A stretch of 64,000 bases of DNA from Macrostomum lignano (lineage: Eukaryota), in contig NIVC01001679.1 of NCBI GenBank assembly GCA_002269645.1, positions 124,001-188,000 on the forward strand. The letters are read 5' to 3'. The notes beneath the pieces were generated by a model that was not told the origin of the DNA, did not search any database, and saw only the letters and a list, made by a program, of their open reading frames with translations. Of the stretch, positions 47,809-60,175 are shown piece after piece. Within the stretch, counting starts at the first letter, position 1. Each line of letters starts with the position of its first letter. Position numbers and translations under genes: made by a program.

Positions 47809-49641
47809 ATGTTTCTGATCCAACTCAAGAATCGAGGCCAGGTTCTGTCGGCAGTCTCAATTGTACTGGTGCACTGCATCTGTTTCTATGGCAGCGGAAC
47901 TAGCGCTGAATCTGAACAGTATCAATATCTTCGGGACAGGACTATCTGCACGAACGTAGTGTCCAATCGAGGTGTAAGTGGCGGCAGCACCTCTGGTGTT
48001 CTCGCTGTAGCTAAATGTCCTCCAGATGCGCTCGCATCAACTGCTGATAAATGCCACCAGAGTAACTCGGAGAAGTACATTGAACCCGATAAAGTACCCG
48101 TGCTAGATAGGCATGGTCAACTTTATTTAAACCAATACTGCCTAATCTGCAATAACCCAGCCGAACACACACCAGTGCATGTCCCTCTCAACTTTGTAAA
48201 TATTTCCTGCACCAGAAATGTTACCAGCTCTGAGAGGGAACGAATGCGGTTGCATCGTCAGGGTGGTCCGATTGTTCTGCCAGACGATTGTCGAGGCACT
48301 TTCTATGGTAGCGCGGATATCCAACTGGACGACTGTTGCCTCATCAGCAATTCATCGCCCTGCCTATCAAAGGCGAGCACCGCGTGGGCTAATTCCGTTG
48401 ATATTGTATTTAACTTTCGAGTTGACTTTTTCAACCTCTCTGGTAGATCGAAACTTACCCACCGGGATGATATCAAAGATTCTGATGGTAACTCTACAAT
48501 ATCGGTGGCGTCTACAGCGGAATCTTACTGCAAAACGTTTGCGCGAACTGTTCTGCTGATAATTTCGATGCTCAGCCTCTTGTGCCTCATCGCAGTGTAC
48601 TGCTGCTGCTGCTTGCCAGGACTCCGAAACCGACCCGCGTACCTGCTGGTTTCGCACAGCTTCGCACTTCTGCTTGTCTATGCCATCGACTTGATTGACC
48701 TAATGGGACTTCCGAGCTTCTCTCGACAGCATCAGCTGTGGCTGTACTCTGTAACCGTGTTCGCGGCTGATGCAGCATTCTGCTGGGCTCTGCTCTTTGG
48801 TTGCGATCTGCTAAGAGCGCTCAGCGGTCTAGGCGTCAACAACACCGGTGGGGGTAACGTCCGTCAAGCGTCCGATAGGCGATCCAAAATCTCTGCTGCC
48901 ATCCGTTTTTCCCTTATCGGTTGGGGCATTCCGCTTCTGTTTAGTGCCGCTCCGATTGCTACGCAGCACATGATATTGAACCAGCAGCAGCAACGGCAGC
49001 AACAACTTGGCAATTCTACCGAAGAAGGATTCACGAACTGGCGTCTACTACAGCTCGGAATCGTATTCGGGCCGTGGGCTGCAACGTTAGCACTGAATTG
49101 CGTCGCTCTAGCCGCTATTTGGCGTCGAATTTTTCTGGCCGCTCAAAATGCTCGTCAACGACCAGGCTGCGTAGGAGGAGGTGTTGGAAGCGGAGGTCAC
49201 ACAACTCGAGGGTTTTCCAAAGCTAAGCAACTAGCTGCGACAGCTTTGAAAGTGTCGGCGCTGTTAGGCGTCTGTTGGCTGCCGTTTTGTCTGGCCATCG
49301 CGCTGGGCTGGCCAAATCAGTCGATTGGCTTCTTTCTCGGCCAGCTGTGTCGCAGCTGTCAGGGCGCTCTGCTTCTGGCCGCGTTCGGCAGCAGCGCTCG
49401 AGTCCGAAGACAGCTGGCAGCCCGGCTAGCTAGCAGAAGGTCTACCACTGCTACTGGAGGCACCTCTGGCAGCAACAGTCGGGGTCGACGCAACACCGGC
49501 GCGACAACGTGCGGCAACAGTGGAGGCGCAACTGTGGCAGTTAGCCGACCACTTCAGCAAAACGTGGGGACCGGTAAAAGTTCAGCTCCTCTACTGCGTC
49601 GCAGCGAAGAATGTGGCGATGCTATTGGATCGGCTCATTGA
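47809..49641 (+). CDS. Intronless 7TM receptor, class B/Methuselah-like (adhesion-related), 610 aa
   Basis: N-terminal hydrophobic segment; Cys-rich ectodomain with PV..GQLYLNQYCLICN; class-B TM signatures LRNRP, FCWA, IGWGIP, FGP...LN, LLGVCW, QG. Confidence 0.85.
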   Translation: MFLIQLKNRGQVLSAVSIVLVHCICFYGSGTSAESEQYQYLRDRTICTNVVSNRGVSGGSTSGVLAVAKCPPDALASTADKCHQSNSEKYIEPDKVPVLDRHGQLYLNQYCLICNNPAEHTPVHVPLNFVNISCTRNVTSSERERMRLHRQGGPIVLPDDCRGTFYGSADIQLDDCCLISNSSPCLSKASTAWANSVDIVFNFRVDFFNLSGRSKLTHRDDIKDSDGNSTISVASTAESYCKTFARTVLLIISMLSLLCLIAVYCCCCLPGLRNRPAYLLVSHSFALLLVYAIDLIDLMGLPSFSRQHQLWLYSVTVFAADAAFCWALLFGCDLLRALSGLGVNNTGGGNVRQASDRRSKISAAIRFSLIGWGIPLLFSAAPIATQHMILNQQQQRQQQLGNSTEEGFTNWRLLQLGIVFGPWAATLALNCVALAAIWRRIFLAAQNARQRPGCVGGGVGSGGHTTRGFSKAKQLAATALKVSALLGVCWLPFCLAIALGWPNQSIGFFLGQLCRSCQGALLLAAFGSSARVRRQLAARLASRRSTTATGGTSGSNSRGRRNTGATTCGNSGGATVAVSRPLQQNVGTGKSSAPLLRRSEECGDAIGSAH

Positions 49642-50416
49642 CAGAACACTTATTAACAGTTAAACATTTGCATGTGGCTACGAGGTTCGATATTACACGT
49701 ATTTAATACATGCAGTTGACAAAATCAAGGCACCAAAAGACTGATGCAGCTATAAAACCTTGCATGCAATGCTGATGCGGTTATGTAGTTACAGTTTTAT
49801 CACGTCGAAAAGCGTTTTATTTTGTACTCGTTGCTATAACTGCATAGTATACTCAACAACATAAAAAAGTCGCCATGCCTTTGAGAGTGCGCAGTAAATT
49901 CCAGCTCAGTATTGACTTTTGGGTGACGCAACTTGCGCCACGCGACGCAGAGTTGGGCTGGGTGAGGAGGGATTGGGAAGAGCGGAGGGCGAAGATTGAA
50001 GCTTCGGCCCGGTTTTCATTGTTGTTTTCAAGCATTAATATTAAAATTGGAAAAGACACTATACTCACTGGGGCAAAGGGTGGGCCGGGACTTTTTCAAT
50101 GTTGCTGAGTCTATATTTCAACGATGAAATTGCCATCAAATGATGCCTAGTGTGTGATCGTGCAGTGAGAATGATACCCCACCTCGTTAATGTGTTTATG
50201 AATACAACAATCCAACTTGTATGGCATAAGTCACGTTTGATATATCGATCGATAGACGTACAGTATCCAGGGGTGTGGCGTTGCAGTCCCAAACAATCCT
50301 GCTTTTTAATTGCTGAAACCTGGACGCTGATCGCGGCTGATGGACTCGTTCGAACAGCAAAATTATAGATGAAAACGGGCAGTGACTGGTGGTGAGCAAA
50401 AAAATTAAGTAATACA

Positions 50417-50630
50417 CAGGCTACTCAAACACCGGGACAGGAAACTAGGAATTTTTTACGAGGCTGTATGGTTTTTTAGCAGCAGTAGAAAATAACCATA
50501 GACAACATGAAAGCACGAGCTAACACAGCGCATCGCTCTATGAAAATAAACCAGCTAGCTTCGTCAGCTGCTAAAAGACCAGCCTCGTAAATATTCCCAG
50601 TTTCCCGTCCCGGTGTTTAAATAGTCCCTG
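50417..50630. mobile_element. hAT-type MITE, 214 bp, with 8-bp TSD
   Basis: TIRs CAGG.../...CCTG, about 60 bp imperfect; TSD gtaataca at 50409-50416 and 50631-50638. Confidence 0.9.
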
Positions 50631-51299
50631 GTAATACATGCATATATATTCATTCGGCAGGAAGCATGCATCCAGGGCTATGGTCAAACTTCCTGCGGAT
50701 AAAATTGTGGTTATACATGTATCGTAATTTACTGCCTATCAAATACATGTATACTGTACATGTACATGATGAGGACGCACCTTTTTTCAATCTCAGAACC
50801 GCACATTTTGCTTCGATGCGCTTTTCCCCTACTGTCAGTAGGCTAGCTTAGGAATCTCTCTCCATTCTCTCATCTAGGCTCAGCTCTATACTAATTTATG
50901 CCATTACTATTAATTTTCTTAGGAACTCAATGTACTTCGCTTAAGATCCTAATTTTGGATTGTTGACCTCTAGCAGTCTAGACAGGCGACACTAAGTCTG
51001 GGAGGGGCGTTTTCAACCTCGTTCTGACCTCCAGATTTGTGGGTTTTTTGCCGTTTTCAGTGATTTATGGCCGTCTAGCTGTCACTTTTGGCTCCAGCCT
51101 GTCTGGGTCAAAGAGGTCTTTCCAGCTTTCTCCCCATTCGCTCTGTTGCTATTTCCTTTGATTTATGCGCGTTTTGCTGTCACTTTTGGCGCCAGAATGT
51201 CTAGACAAATGACTTTTATTATGTTTTGCTTATGATTTATGACCGCACCTGTCAACTTCCCTGGGGTCTGAAGGCCACCTGGTGGGGTGGGTTTTGGGG

Positions 51300-51750
51300 T
51301 CTTGAGCTCAGCCAATCAGAGTCGACCTGACTGCCCCCGGCTCGGCCAATCAGAAAATTCGGCGCCCATTTTAACAAAAACTCTCAGCCAATCGGAAAAT
51401 TCGGCGTGCGTTATAACAAATCGGCCGCGTGAGAGCTATAAAAGGCGGCGACTCGACCCGCGCTCGAAAAGAGGCATACTTCTCGCCTGCTCCGTCGGCC
51501 AAAGCCGATCCTCGGACACCCGTCCTCTTCTGGTCCTGCCGACCTGATCCCCCTTTCCCCGGCAGTTTCGGCTTCAACAGCTAAGTCCCCCCTGAGAAGC
51601 ATCATCAATATCTCCCGGCAGTGATCTGAGAGCAGCAACCACTATCGGCAAGCGAAGAGCAGCAGCGGCAATCGTCAGTCAAGATCAGCAACAGCATCCC
51701 ATCTGAGCGCTTCGGTCTCTGTGGATTCCTTGGCTACCCGCAGATAGGTC
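51300..51750 (+). promoter_or_regulatory. LTR-like promoter module (element ends unresolved, probably about 50960-52770)
   Basis: GCCAATC at 51311, 51345, 51387 (the last two in a 20-bp direct repeat); TATAAAA at 51437; GC-rich leader follows. Confidence 0.5.
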
Positions 51751-54243
51751 CTCTGATTGGTTTGGTGAGAGGCTTTCTTGACCTGCTTAACTGGGTGCAC
51801 CCTTTGTCTGACCCCTTCCTAGGTAGTCTGATAGGATTTGCACTTTTGCTTACTTGCTTTTGTGTGCCAATCTTGAGGCAGAAGTGTCAGTTAATATTAA
51901 AATTAGCCATGTGCTCTAACTCAATCTAAAGTGTTTAGGATTGCGGATTAAGTGAGAAAGTTAAACCTGGAAGTTAAAGACTTAGCGTTTTCTTTCTTTT
52001 TCGCAATGCCAGCTGAGATGAGCGGCTAAATCTAGAGGCAGAGGTCACGGTGGACCGGAAGCGGCACAGTTCCCAGTCAATCAGTCGATCTAAGAAATCA
52101 TTATGTTAAGCATGCAAATTAAGAGCCAGACTGGCGCTTTGGTGCGGTCACAGGCAATTAAGCGGTTAAAGTAAGTTAAATATTAGTCGAACGATCTCCG
52201 AAAGTGACAATGCATCTACATCATCGCTATCTGTCGACGTGTTAACACATTTAGGGCCAAAAGAGTGCAGTTACGTGTACTTGTACATGTACTTCTGGGA
52301 ATTTAGTAGTGAAATAGTACTTTCAGTAGTGTATAAAGGCTCGCCAGCGCAAGAATCCCCTGCAGAAGTCCTCTCTGTCCCTGCATGGCCAATGCGATCT
52401 TAGTCCCAGCAGTGTCCCTTCTATTCGGCTATGACTTCGAGATTTAGACAGCTAAAAGACACTAGATGGCAGGTAAGTGCAGTGCCCCTCTAGTCGGAAG
52501 TCCGATTTCGATAGCTCCGGTTTGGTGAGCCGGGGCGCACGGACTGGTGGCAGCGAGTTAGTTGACCCGCGGGTTAGCTAATTTCCACCTTTCAAATTCT
52601 CCCTGCTTGTCTCTCGCTGTCTTCTCTTAGCTTTAGGACCTTGCTGCTCACCCACAATCTAGCTACCATGGAGCTGACCATCTGACAGGAGTGAGAGGCC
52701 AGAGTTCTAAGTGATTCATTTCTGAGTTCTGAGGCCCGAAGCCACAGGCTCTTTAAAGGCCGAACCCATCATACAGCTAAATGAGTTGCTAAATGTATGC
52801 TTCAGAATTTCATTTTACAATTACATGAACACCCCTCACACGTGTAATCCTAGCCCTGTAAGTGTATGTATGCGGAAAATTAAATTGACTAAACGTATAC
52901 ATACGAGCTACAAAATGCACGCACCTCAATTCACTGTACTGAAATTGGAAGAATATCTTCTCCCTAAGCCTTCTAAAGATTCGAAATATGAAATTCAATT
53001 AAGCTATATGTAAATGTACATTTCAATGAAAACACCCTCTACAGACAATATTTTATTACATCTATTGAAGACCCTGAAGCCAATTGATATTCACGTTGTG
53101 ACTCGTTGTGGAACATGTTTAATCCTCAATAATTTTTCTTCAGAGGCGCCAAAATATAGCGCTTTCGACGCCAAAATGAGTGCCTGCGGCGGTATGACTG
53201 CCTTCGGCGCCAAAATGAGTGCCTGCAACGCAAAATGAGCGTTGACAACAGGATTCTGAAAATATAATGGAAATGTAGGAATTTAGTCATATAATATACA
53301 TGTCAGGTAGAATCCTTGGTTTTGTCCCCCCACCAAAAAATCCATGCATGGCGACGTCCCTGCGCATATTACATGTAGCAACGCATAGCATATATTAGCA
53401 ACCATGTGCGACTCAGCATCTCGATCATGTATCAAGCGCATAGGGGCGACACAGCCCCCCAAAGCCAAAAAAATGTAAAATTTCAAAGCATTGGGCAAAA
53501 GTTGTTTTCAAACGCAGTTGGATCGATACATTTGCTATGCACTTTACTGTATTACGCATAAAAAATAACTACGGTTACTTTTAGAGCATTGAGATTATTC
53601 AATAAATACTTCAAACTGAAAGTTAATTTTATATTAGAAACGTTTTGTTTAAATTTTTAAATTTTTCAAAAGTTAGGTCAATCTATTTCCAATCTCGAGG
53701 GCCTAGCAGCTAGTTCTTTCAGATTCTGAGTGATGCGCACAGAAAAGAGGCACAAGGGCTACTCAAGTGACTCAGACGTGAAACCTCGTTTCTTGCGCAT
53801 TTTTAGAGGCAGGTTTTTCCGAAAATACACCACAGAAATAGGAAATTTTCATTTTTCAGCACAAAAATTGTTATTTCTTTTGATAAGAAGCAGACCAATG
53901 TTCATTTCATACATGTCAATATGTTTTGCCTTTCTTTTAGCTCTATTGATATTTAAAAAGTTTTTTTTATAAAATTTGGATTCTATGGTAATTTTCTATT
54001 CTTCATACTAGTACATCTGTACATTTAGCAAAAAAATTAGTATAGGCCTATTTGGATTGTACTTGTACTTACATATCTATGCCTAAAAACCATTAAAATG
54101 GCATAGCTGGCTAACCATGGCTGGTTGATGGTCGTTTTGTCTGTTGCTAGTTCGTCTGCCACTCTTTTAACTGCAAACACATGATGCAGTTATTTTGGCT
54201 ACCTCAAAATATTCAATATAATATTAGGCCTAGTATTAATCAA

Positions 54244-54769
54244 GGCAGTGCTTATCCCCACGGTACCGTAGGAATAATTTCTGTCTTATTCCAACAGTAC
54301 CGTGGGAATAATTTTCTGCTTATCTGCATGGCACACTGATGAGATAGCTGCCCCATCTTCTACATATGCCGTGGGTTCATAATTTAGTTTAGTACTTACG
54401 GTTTGAGTGCAGTATAACAACATAACTTTGCTTGGCCATTATTTTTATAGAAGTGAAAATTTAATGGCCTTTTTACGCAAAAAACACTTTTTTGTATTTA
54501 TGACGTATGATTTAAGATGAATTGCTCTAGTAATTGTTTACAATTTAAGAACTTTTAGCAACTAGTCTAATCCCGGCGACATCCCCGAAAAGTCCATTGC
54601 TGCTGCTTCTGTAGACTTCTTACTAGACATGTCAATTCTCAATTTGTTTGTATAGATTATTGCATTGCTTCAACAATTCACCCGTGCGGATAAGCAGAAA
54701 ATTATCCCCACGGTACCGTTGGAATAAGACAGAAATTATTCCTACGGTACCGTGGGGATAAGCACTGCC
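54244..54769. mobile_element. Mutator-type MITE, 526 bp, with 9-bp TSD
   Basis: About 88-bp TIRs (54244-54331 / 54682-54769, 4 mismatches) starting GGCAGTG; TSD attaatcaa at 54235-54243 and 54770-54778. Confidence 0.92.
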
Positions 54770-55606
54770 ATTAATCAATTTAATGTATTATACCTATAAA
54801 GTATAAGTATATATAAATTTTTTTAAATATATTTACATCTTAAAATACTTAAAATATTAAAGATAGTGTACTCGTTTTGTCAGAAGTATGAGAAAATCTA
54901 AAAACAACATTTCCCAAACAATCCTAAGGCTTGATGTTAAGTTGTCAATAGGCCCCTAGGCCTAGGCCCTATTAATATAAGCTTATGTCTATATACTATA
55001 ACTATATTTTGACTTCTTAATTTAATAAAAAATAAACTTTACAAAAGGGACATCAACATACATGCGCAATAGTCAAACAAGTTAGCTGATCCGGCCAACT
55101 GATTTGGTGGCCAACCAAGCCCAAGGTAAATTGCAAAAATGCCCAAAAATGCCCACTCAAATAAATACTCAAGTAGAGCCTAGTACTAAGTGGATAATAA
55201 GGCATTTTGCCTTAATAAGACATTCATAGTTACTCCTGATATTTATCCAAAGTTGCATTAATTTTGCTTTAGGGTTTTTTTATATATATGTTGCTTTTTT
55301 AGCCAAAAACTATATCGCAATTTTTGTTAGAACTAAGTTGCACAGCCAAACTGAATTTTGGAAGTTACACATGTATGATAGGCCTAGGTCTATCATATAA
55401 TCTATTCATCAATTAATGGGGCCAAGGCTCATATCAAAGGAATTACCAATTGTTATCAACTCAAGAACTGCAAATTTAGCCTTCAATAAGTTTATTATCT
55501 AGGCCTAGTCTAAATTCATTTGAAATTTTAATAATGTTACAATTTTATATTATGTTTCTTTGAATTAAAGGCTTACTAAGCCTATGCTATAATAAACAAA
55601 ATTACA

Positions 55607-56476
55607 ACAAGTATAACTTTGGCCGTCAACTTTTCTGTTAACTTTTCCATTAACTTTTCTGTCAACTTTACTGTCAAGTATTCAGCAACTTTTCCGTCAA
55701 ATATTCCGTCAAATTTTTCATCAACAATTTATTGTTCTGAAAAACATATGTGACTTTCTCAAATAGAATCATCATGCGAGTAGCTCTTTGATCATTTATT
55801 GTGTTTGCATGCTTATATATATCAATGAAAAAACAAGCCTACATTAGTAACAACGTGCATCTTTTCCATTTTCCCTAGTATCAGTGCTTTATTTCACAAA
55901 GATAAATTGATAAACAAGTGCAGATGTTGTAGTGCAGGTAGTGCAGCGATACCAATTAAATTCTGGAACATGTCGCGCTAGAAGTTTTTGCATGTGTTTT
56001 TTATTTAGAATTTATACATGTACATGTGTAGGGCCTATACTCAACAAATTTAAAGCATGTATAAAAAATTGCTAAGGAAACTGCACTTATGCAAAAAATA
56101 ACACTTTCCATTCAAAGTACACAAAAAATTTGATAGAATATATTTTACGGACTTGCATAAATGTTGATGAAATAGTTAACGGAAAAGTGATAAGATATTT
56201 GGCGGAAAAGTTAATGGAATAGTAAATGGAAATGTTGACAGAAGAGTTAATGGAAAAGTTAATGGAATAGTAAAGGGTTAATGTTGACGGAAGAGTTAAT
56301 GGAAAAGTTAACGGAATACTTAACAGAAAAGTTAACAGAAAAATGGACGGAATAGTTGACGGATAAATTTTTTTATCCTACTAACATGAAAAGTTGACAG
56401 AATAGTTGACAGAATAGTTAATGGAAAATTTAACAGAAAAGTTGACAGAAAAGTTGACAGCCAAAGTTATACTCGT
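55607..56476. mobile_element. Foldback-like element with modular 12-mer TIRs and 8-bp TSD
   Basis: Termini acaagtataactttgg / ccaaagttatactcgt; inner arrays of aacttttccgtc and their complement; TSD aaattaca at 55599-55606 and 56477-56484. Confidence 0.8.
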
Positions 56477-58444
56477 AAATTACACATACAAAAATAATAT
56501 CTCATTGTAACTCTGCATGATTTAAAATATCTTATAGAAAATTAGGTTTAGCATTATATATTTTATAGCTAATTTTAGCCCCCCCTACTCTTTGTTTTAA
56601 AAAGTCATTTTATCTGCTAGCAGACAAATGTCCATATATTGCACTATGGCTAGCTTGCTAGGCTTGGTATATTGGTTTTTAAATTTTATTTCTAATTTAT
56701 TTTACTATTCTTAATCTTAGTTGACTTTGTAATTGTAAACAATGTGTAATAAATAAGTCAAGTGTATAATAGAGACAATATAATAATCAATAGATTCATA
56801 TAACCAATACCTTAAGCTTATAATCATTTCAATCCTTTTATCTCAAGTCAAGAGTCTTAGGACCCAAGTATTTCATAGGTAAATAAGCAATAGGTCAAGG
56901 CAATTATCACATTGAACAACCTAAAATATAGGGGGGCCTAGACATATATACATAATAATAAGTCTTCAAAGATATCAAAGTTATCTATATTGCTATTTTT
57001 AAAAATTTACTTCTTTTATTTATGCTTGCAATATATCATTGACATTAACCCTTACTCTTAATCATTAACTAGAATATATTTGCAACATATTTGTACAGTT
57101 GTTTGTTGCTTTATTATTGTCATAGTTTTTAGACTCTTAAAGACTAAGGGCCAGATTTTTGTAAGCACAACTTATGTCTAAGTCTAATAGAAACTATCCC
57201 TATTGGAATAATTTCTGAAAATGCATATATATGTCAAAGGTCTAGCAAAAATATATTTGTTCACAAGTGGTTATAAGTAGGATAGTTATTGTGTAATTAT
57301 ACTTAAATTGCACTGAAAAACTTTTATGCTTTAATAGCAATATTTTGTTTTTAATTGTTGCTTCTATGATTCATTGGAATAATTTTTTGTTTTTTGTTGC
57401 TCATTGGAATAACATGAAAAAATGTGTCCGTACTGTAAGGGGATCAAAGGCTAAAACAAAAGTGAGGGGGGTTAAAAAGGCAATACCTTGATTTCATTTT
57501 TTATATATGATCCCTTGCAAACAAATTTTTGAATTGAGGGATTGTATTTCAAAATTGATAAAAAGCCTAAGTTTCATTATCCAATCCCTTTCCATACATT
57601 TTCTCCATTTGAATGATTGTATAATAAAAGTGAATATAGAGATGTTCCTACTCTTGCTGAGAATCTTGTTGAAGCTTTGTTTGATTGCCTCATTTTAGTT
57701 GCATTCCACTTCAAATAGATGGCAATTAAAACTGCCTTAATGCAGTACCTTTGACTCATGAATAACATTTTGTCTGGTGTCTATTCTTTGACTGCATCTT
57801 TTACATAGGGATCATATAACAAAAGTGCATAAGAATGGGGATCGTAAAACAAAAGAATGCCTAGACTCCTAATAGTCATGTATTAATTTCAGAAAAGAAA
57901 AAACCAAATTAAATGCAAATTAAATGTTATATTTCTATATAAGACTATTAAAATAAGTATCTAATATTATGATAGCAGTGAATATAACCCCAAAATTAAT
58001 TTGTATAATGGCTGATTATAGTAATGTTAGTAGTTTGTAAGTTGTTGATTTTCTTTTTATCTATAATATATTAGTGATATTTTTACAACTTGTAAATATT
58101 TGAATAACAATTTAATAGAAACCAAAGTATATTTAGCCAAAATATGTGCCAAAAACATGCTATTTTCCTTTATTTTTGTGCCAAAATTTCTAGTTAAAAT
58201 ATGCCAATTTATTAGCATGGAAGATGTATACTCAAATTTTCTAGCAAATATAGGCTTGAATTGCATGAATAAATTTTGTTCTTTGCTTATTGAGTGCCCA
58301 GAAAGGGGCACTAGATTGCTAGTCTGGTTACTATAAAGTTATACAGAATTAATATAGTAGCCTTTCTGAAAAGTTCATGATGTACTTTTATACATATTTT
58401 TCAGCTTGCTTACCCAAGCTAGAAGCCAGTAATATTGAATAACA

Positions 58445-58590
58445 ATGGCCCCACGCAAAAGTCAACCTAAAAAGGAGGAACAGGTGCAACTGGGCCCCCA
58501 GGTAGCCGAAGGCGAAATTGTTTTCGGCGTAGCCCACATTTTTGCTTCGTTCAACGACACATTTGTGCACGTCACCGACCCTACTGGCTC
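58445..58590 (+). CDS. RPS14: 40S ribosomal protein S14 (uS11), coding exon 1
   Basis: MAPRK...[30 protein letters not shown]; donor tc|gtgagt; not in the ORF track. Confidence 0.95.
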
Positions 58591-58920
58591 GTGAGTTTTT
58601 ATATGAATAATCTTATTTATACTACTTATCTCCTCAGGGTAGGCTAGCTATAAGTTCGATTCCGAACTTTCGAGTTTGATTAGTTGTCTTCGTGCTTAAC
58701 TTTCGCTAGAGATGTAACTCTAATTCAGCCAGCAACGCAACAAGATTTAGTAGATCGTTTAGTAAATATGGCAGTTTTTATATTGCTTAAACTACAGCAA
58801 TTTGGATCAAAATGTATTCGTTGTAAATTTGCTTCAGCCTTTTTTAACTTAATTTTCTATTTTCCTACTCACAGTAAGTCAGCAGTAGTATGATTCGCTA
58901 TAGAAAATTTAAACATGTAA

Positions 58921-59253
<333 letters not shown>

Positions 59254-59569
59254 AGAGCGATGACGATCAACTCCGTGGCCATTTTGATTGGCTGGTAGTT
59301 AAACTTGAGCGATTGACTGCGCTGGAATGATATAAGATAAGAAAAAATCTGCAAAAATGATTGTCGAGTTCGACTAATTGATTGGATACAAAAACTGTTT
59401 GTTTTTCTGTTTTTTTATTTAAATTTAAATCTAGGTTGACTAGTTATTCATAGGTTTAAAATTGTTCTTCTTGCCATCACTTCAGCACGCTCAATTCTTA
59501 GGATACTGCCTCATTTACGGTAGTTTGCTCTTAAATATCATTTTAAAGCAATTCCTTTTAAGCTCTTTC

Positions 59570-60090
59570 TTAGACTCTCTTTAGCTTGTTTCTTAAAATC
59601 GCTCTTTAGCTTGTTTCTTAGAATCGCTATTTAGCTTGTTTCTTAGAATCGCTCTTTAGCTTGTTTCTTAGAATCGCCCTTAAGCTTGTTTCTTAGAATC
59701 GCTCTTTAGCTTGTTTCTTAGAATCGCTCTTTAGCTTGTTTCTTAGAATCGCCCTTAATCTTGTTTCTTAGAATCGCCCTTAATCTTGTTTCTTAGAATC
59801 GCCCATAAGATTGTTTCTTAGAATCGCCCATAAGCTTGTTTCTTAGAATCGCCCTTAATCTTGTTTCTTAGAATCGCCCATAAGCTTGTTTCTTAGAATC
59901 GCCCATAAGCTTGTTTCTTAGAATCACTCTATACAATGAGTCCTTTTCAAGAATTGCTCTTAAGCTTGTTTCGTAGAATTGCTCTTAGACTTGTTTCTTA
60001 GAATCGCTCTATACAATGATTCGTTTCCAATAATAGCACTTAGTCTTGTTTCTTAGAATCTCTCTTAAACTTTCTTAGAATCGCCCGTTA
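59570..60090. repeat. 25-bp intergenic minisatellite
   Basis: Unit gtttcttagaatcgccc(t/a)taagctt. Confidence 0.93.
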
Positions 60091-60175
60091 ACTAATTTTC
60101 CAAGAAACCGCCTTCTTTAACCCTTAGGTACTTTATAATATAATCTATACACTAAATTCCAGCTCGATAGCAACA

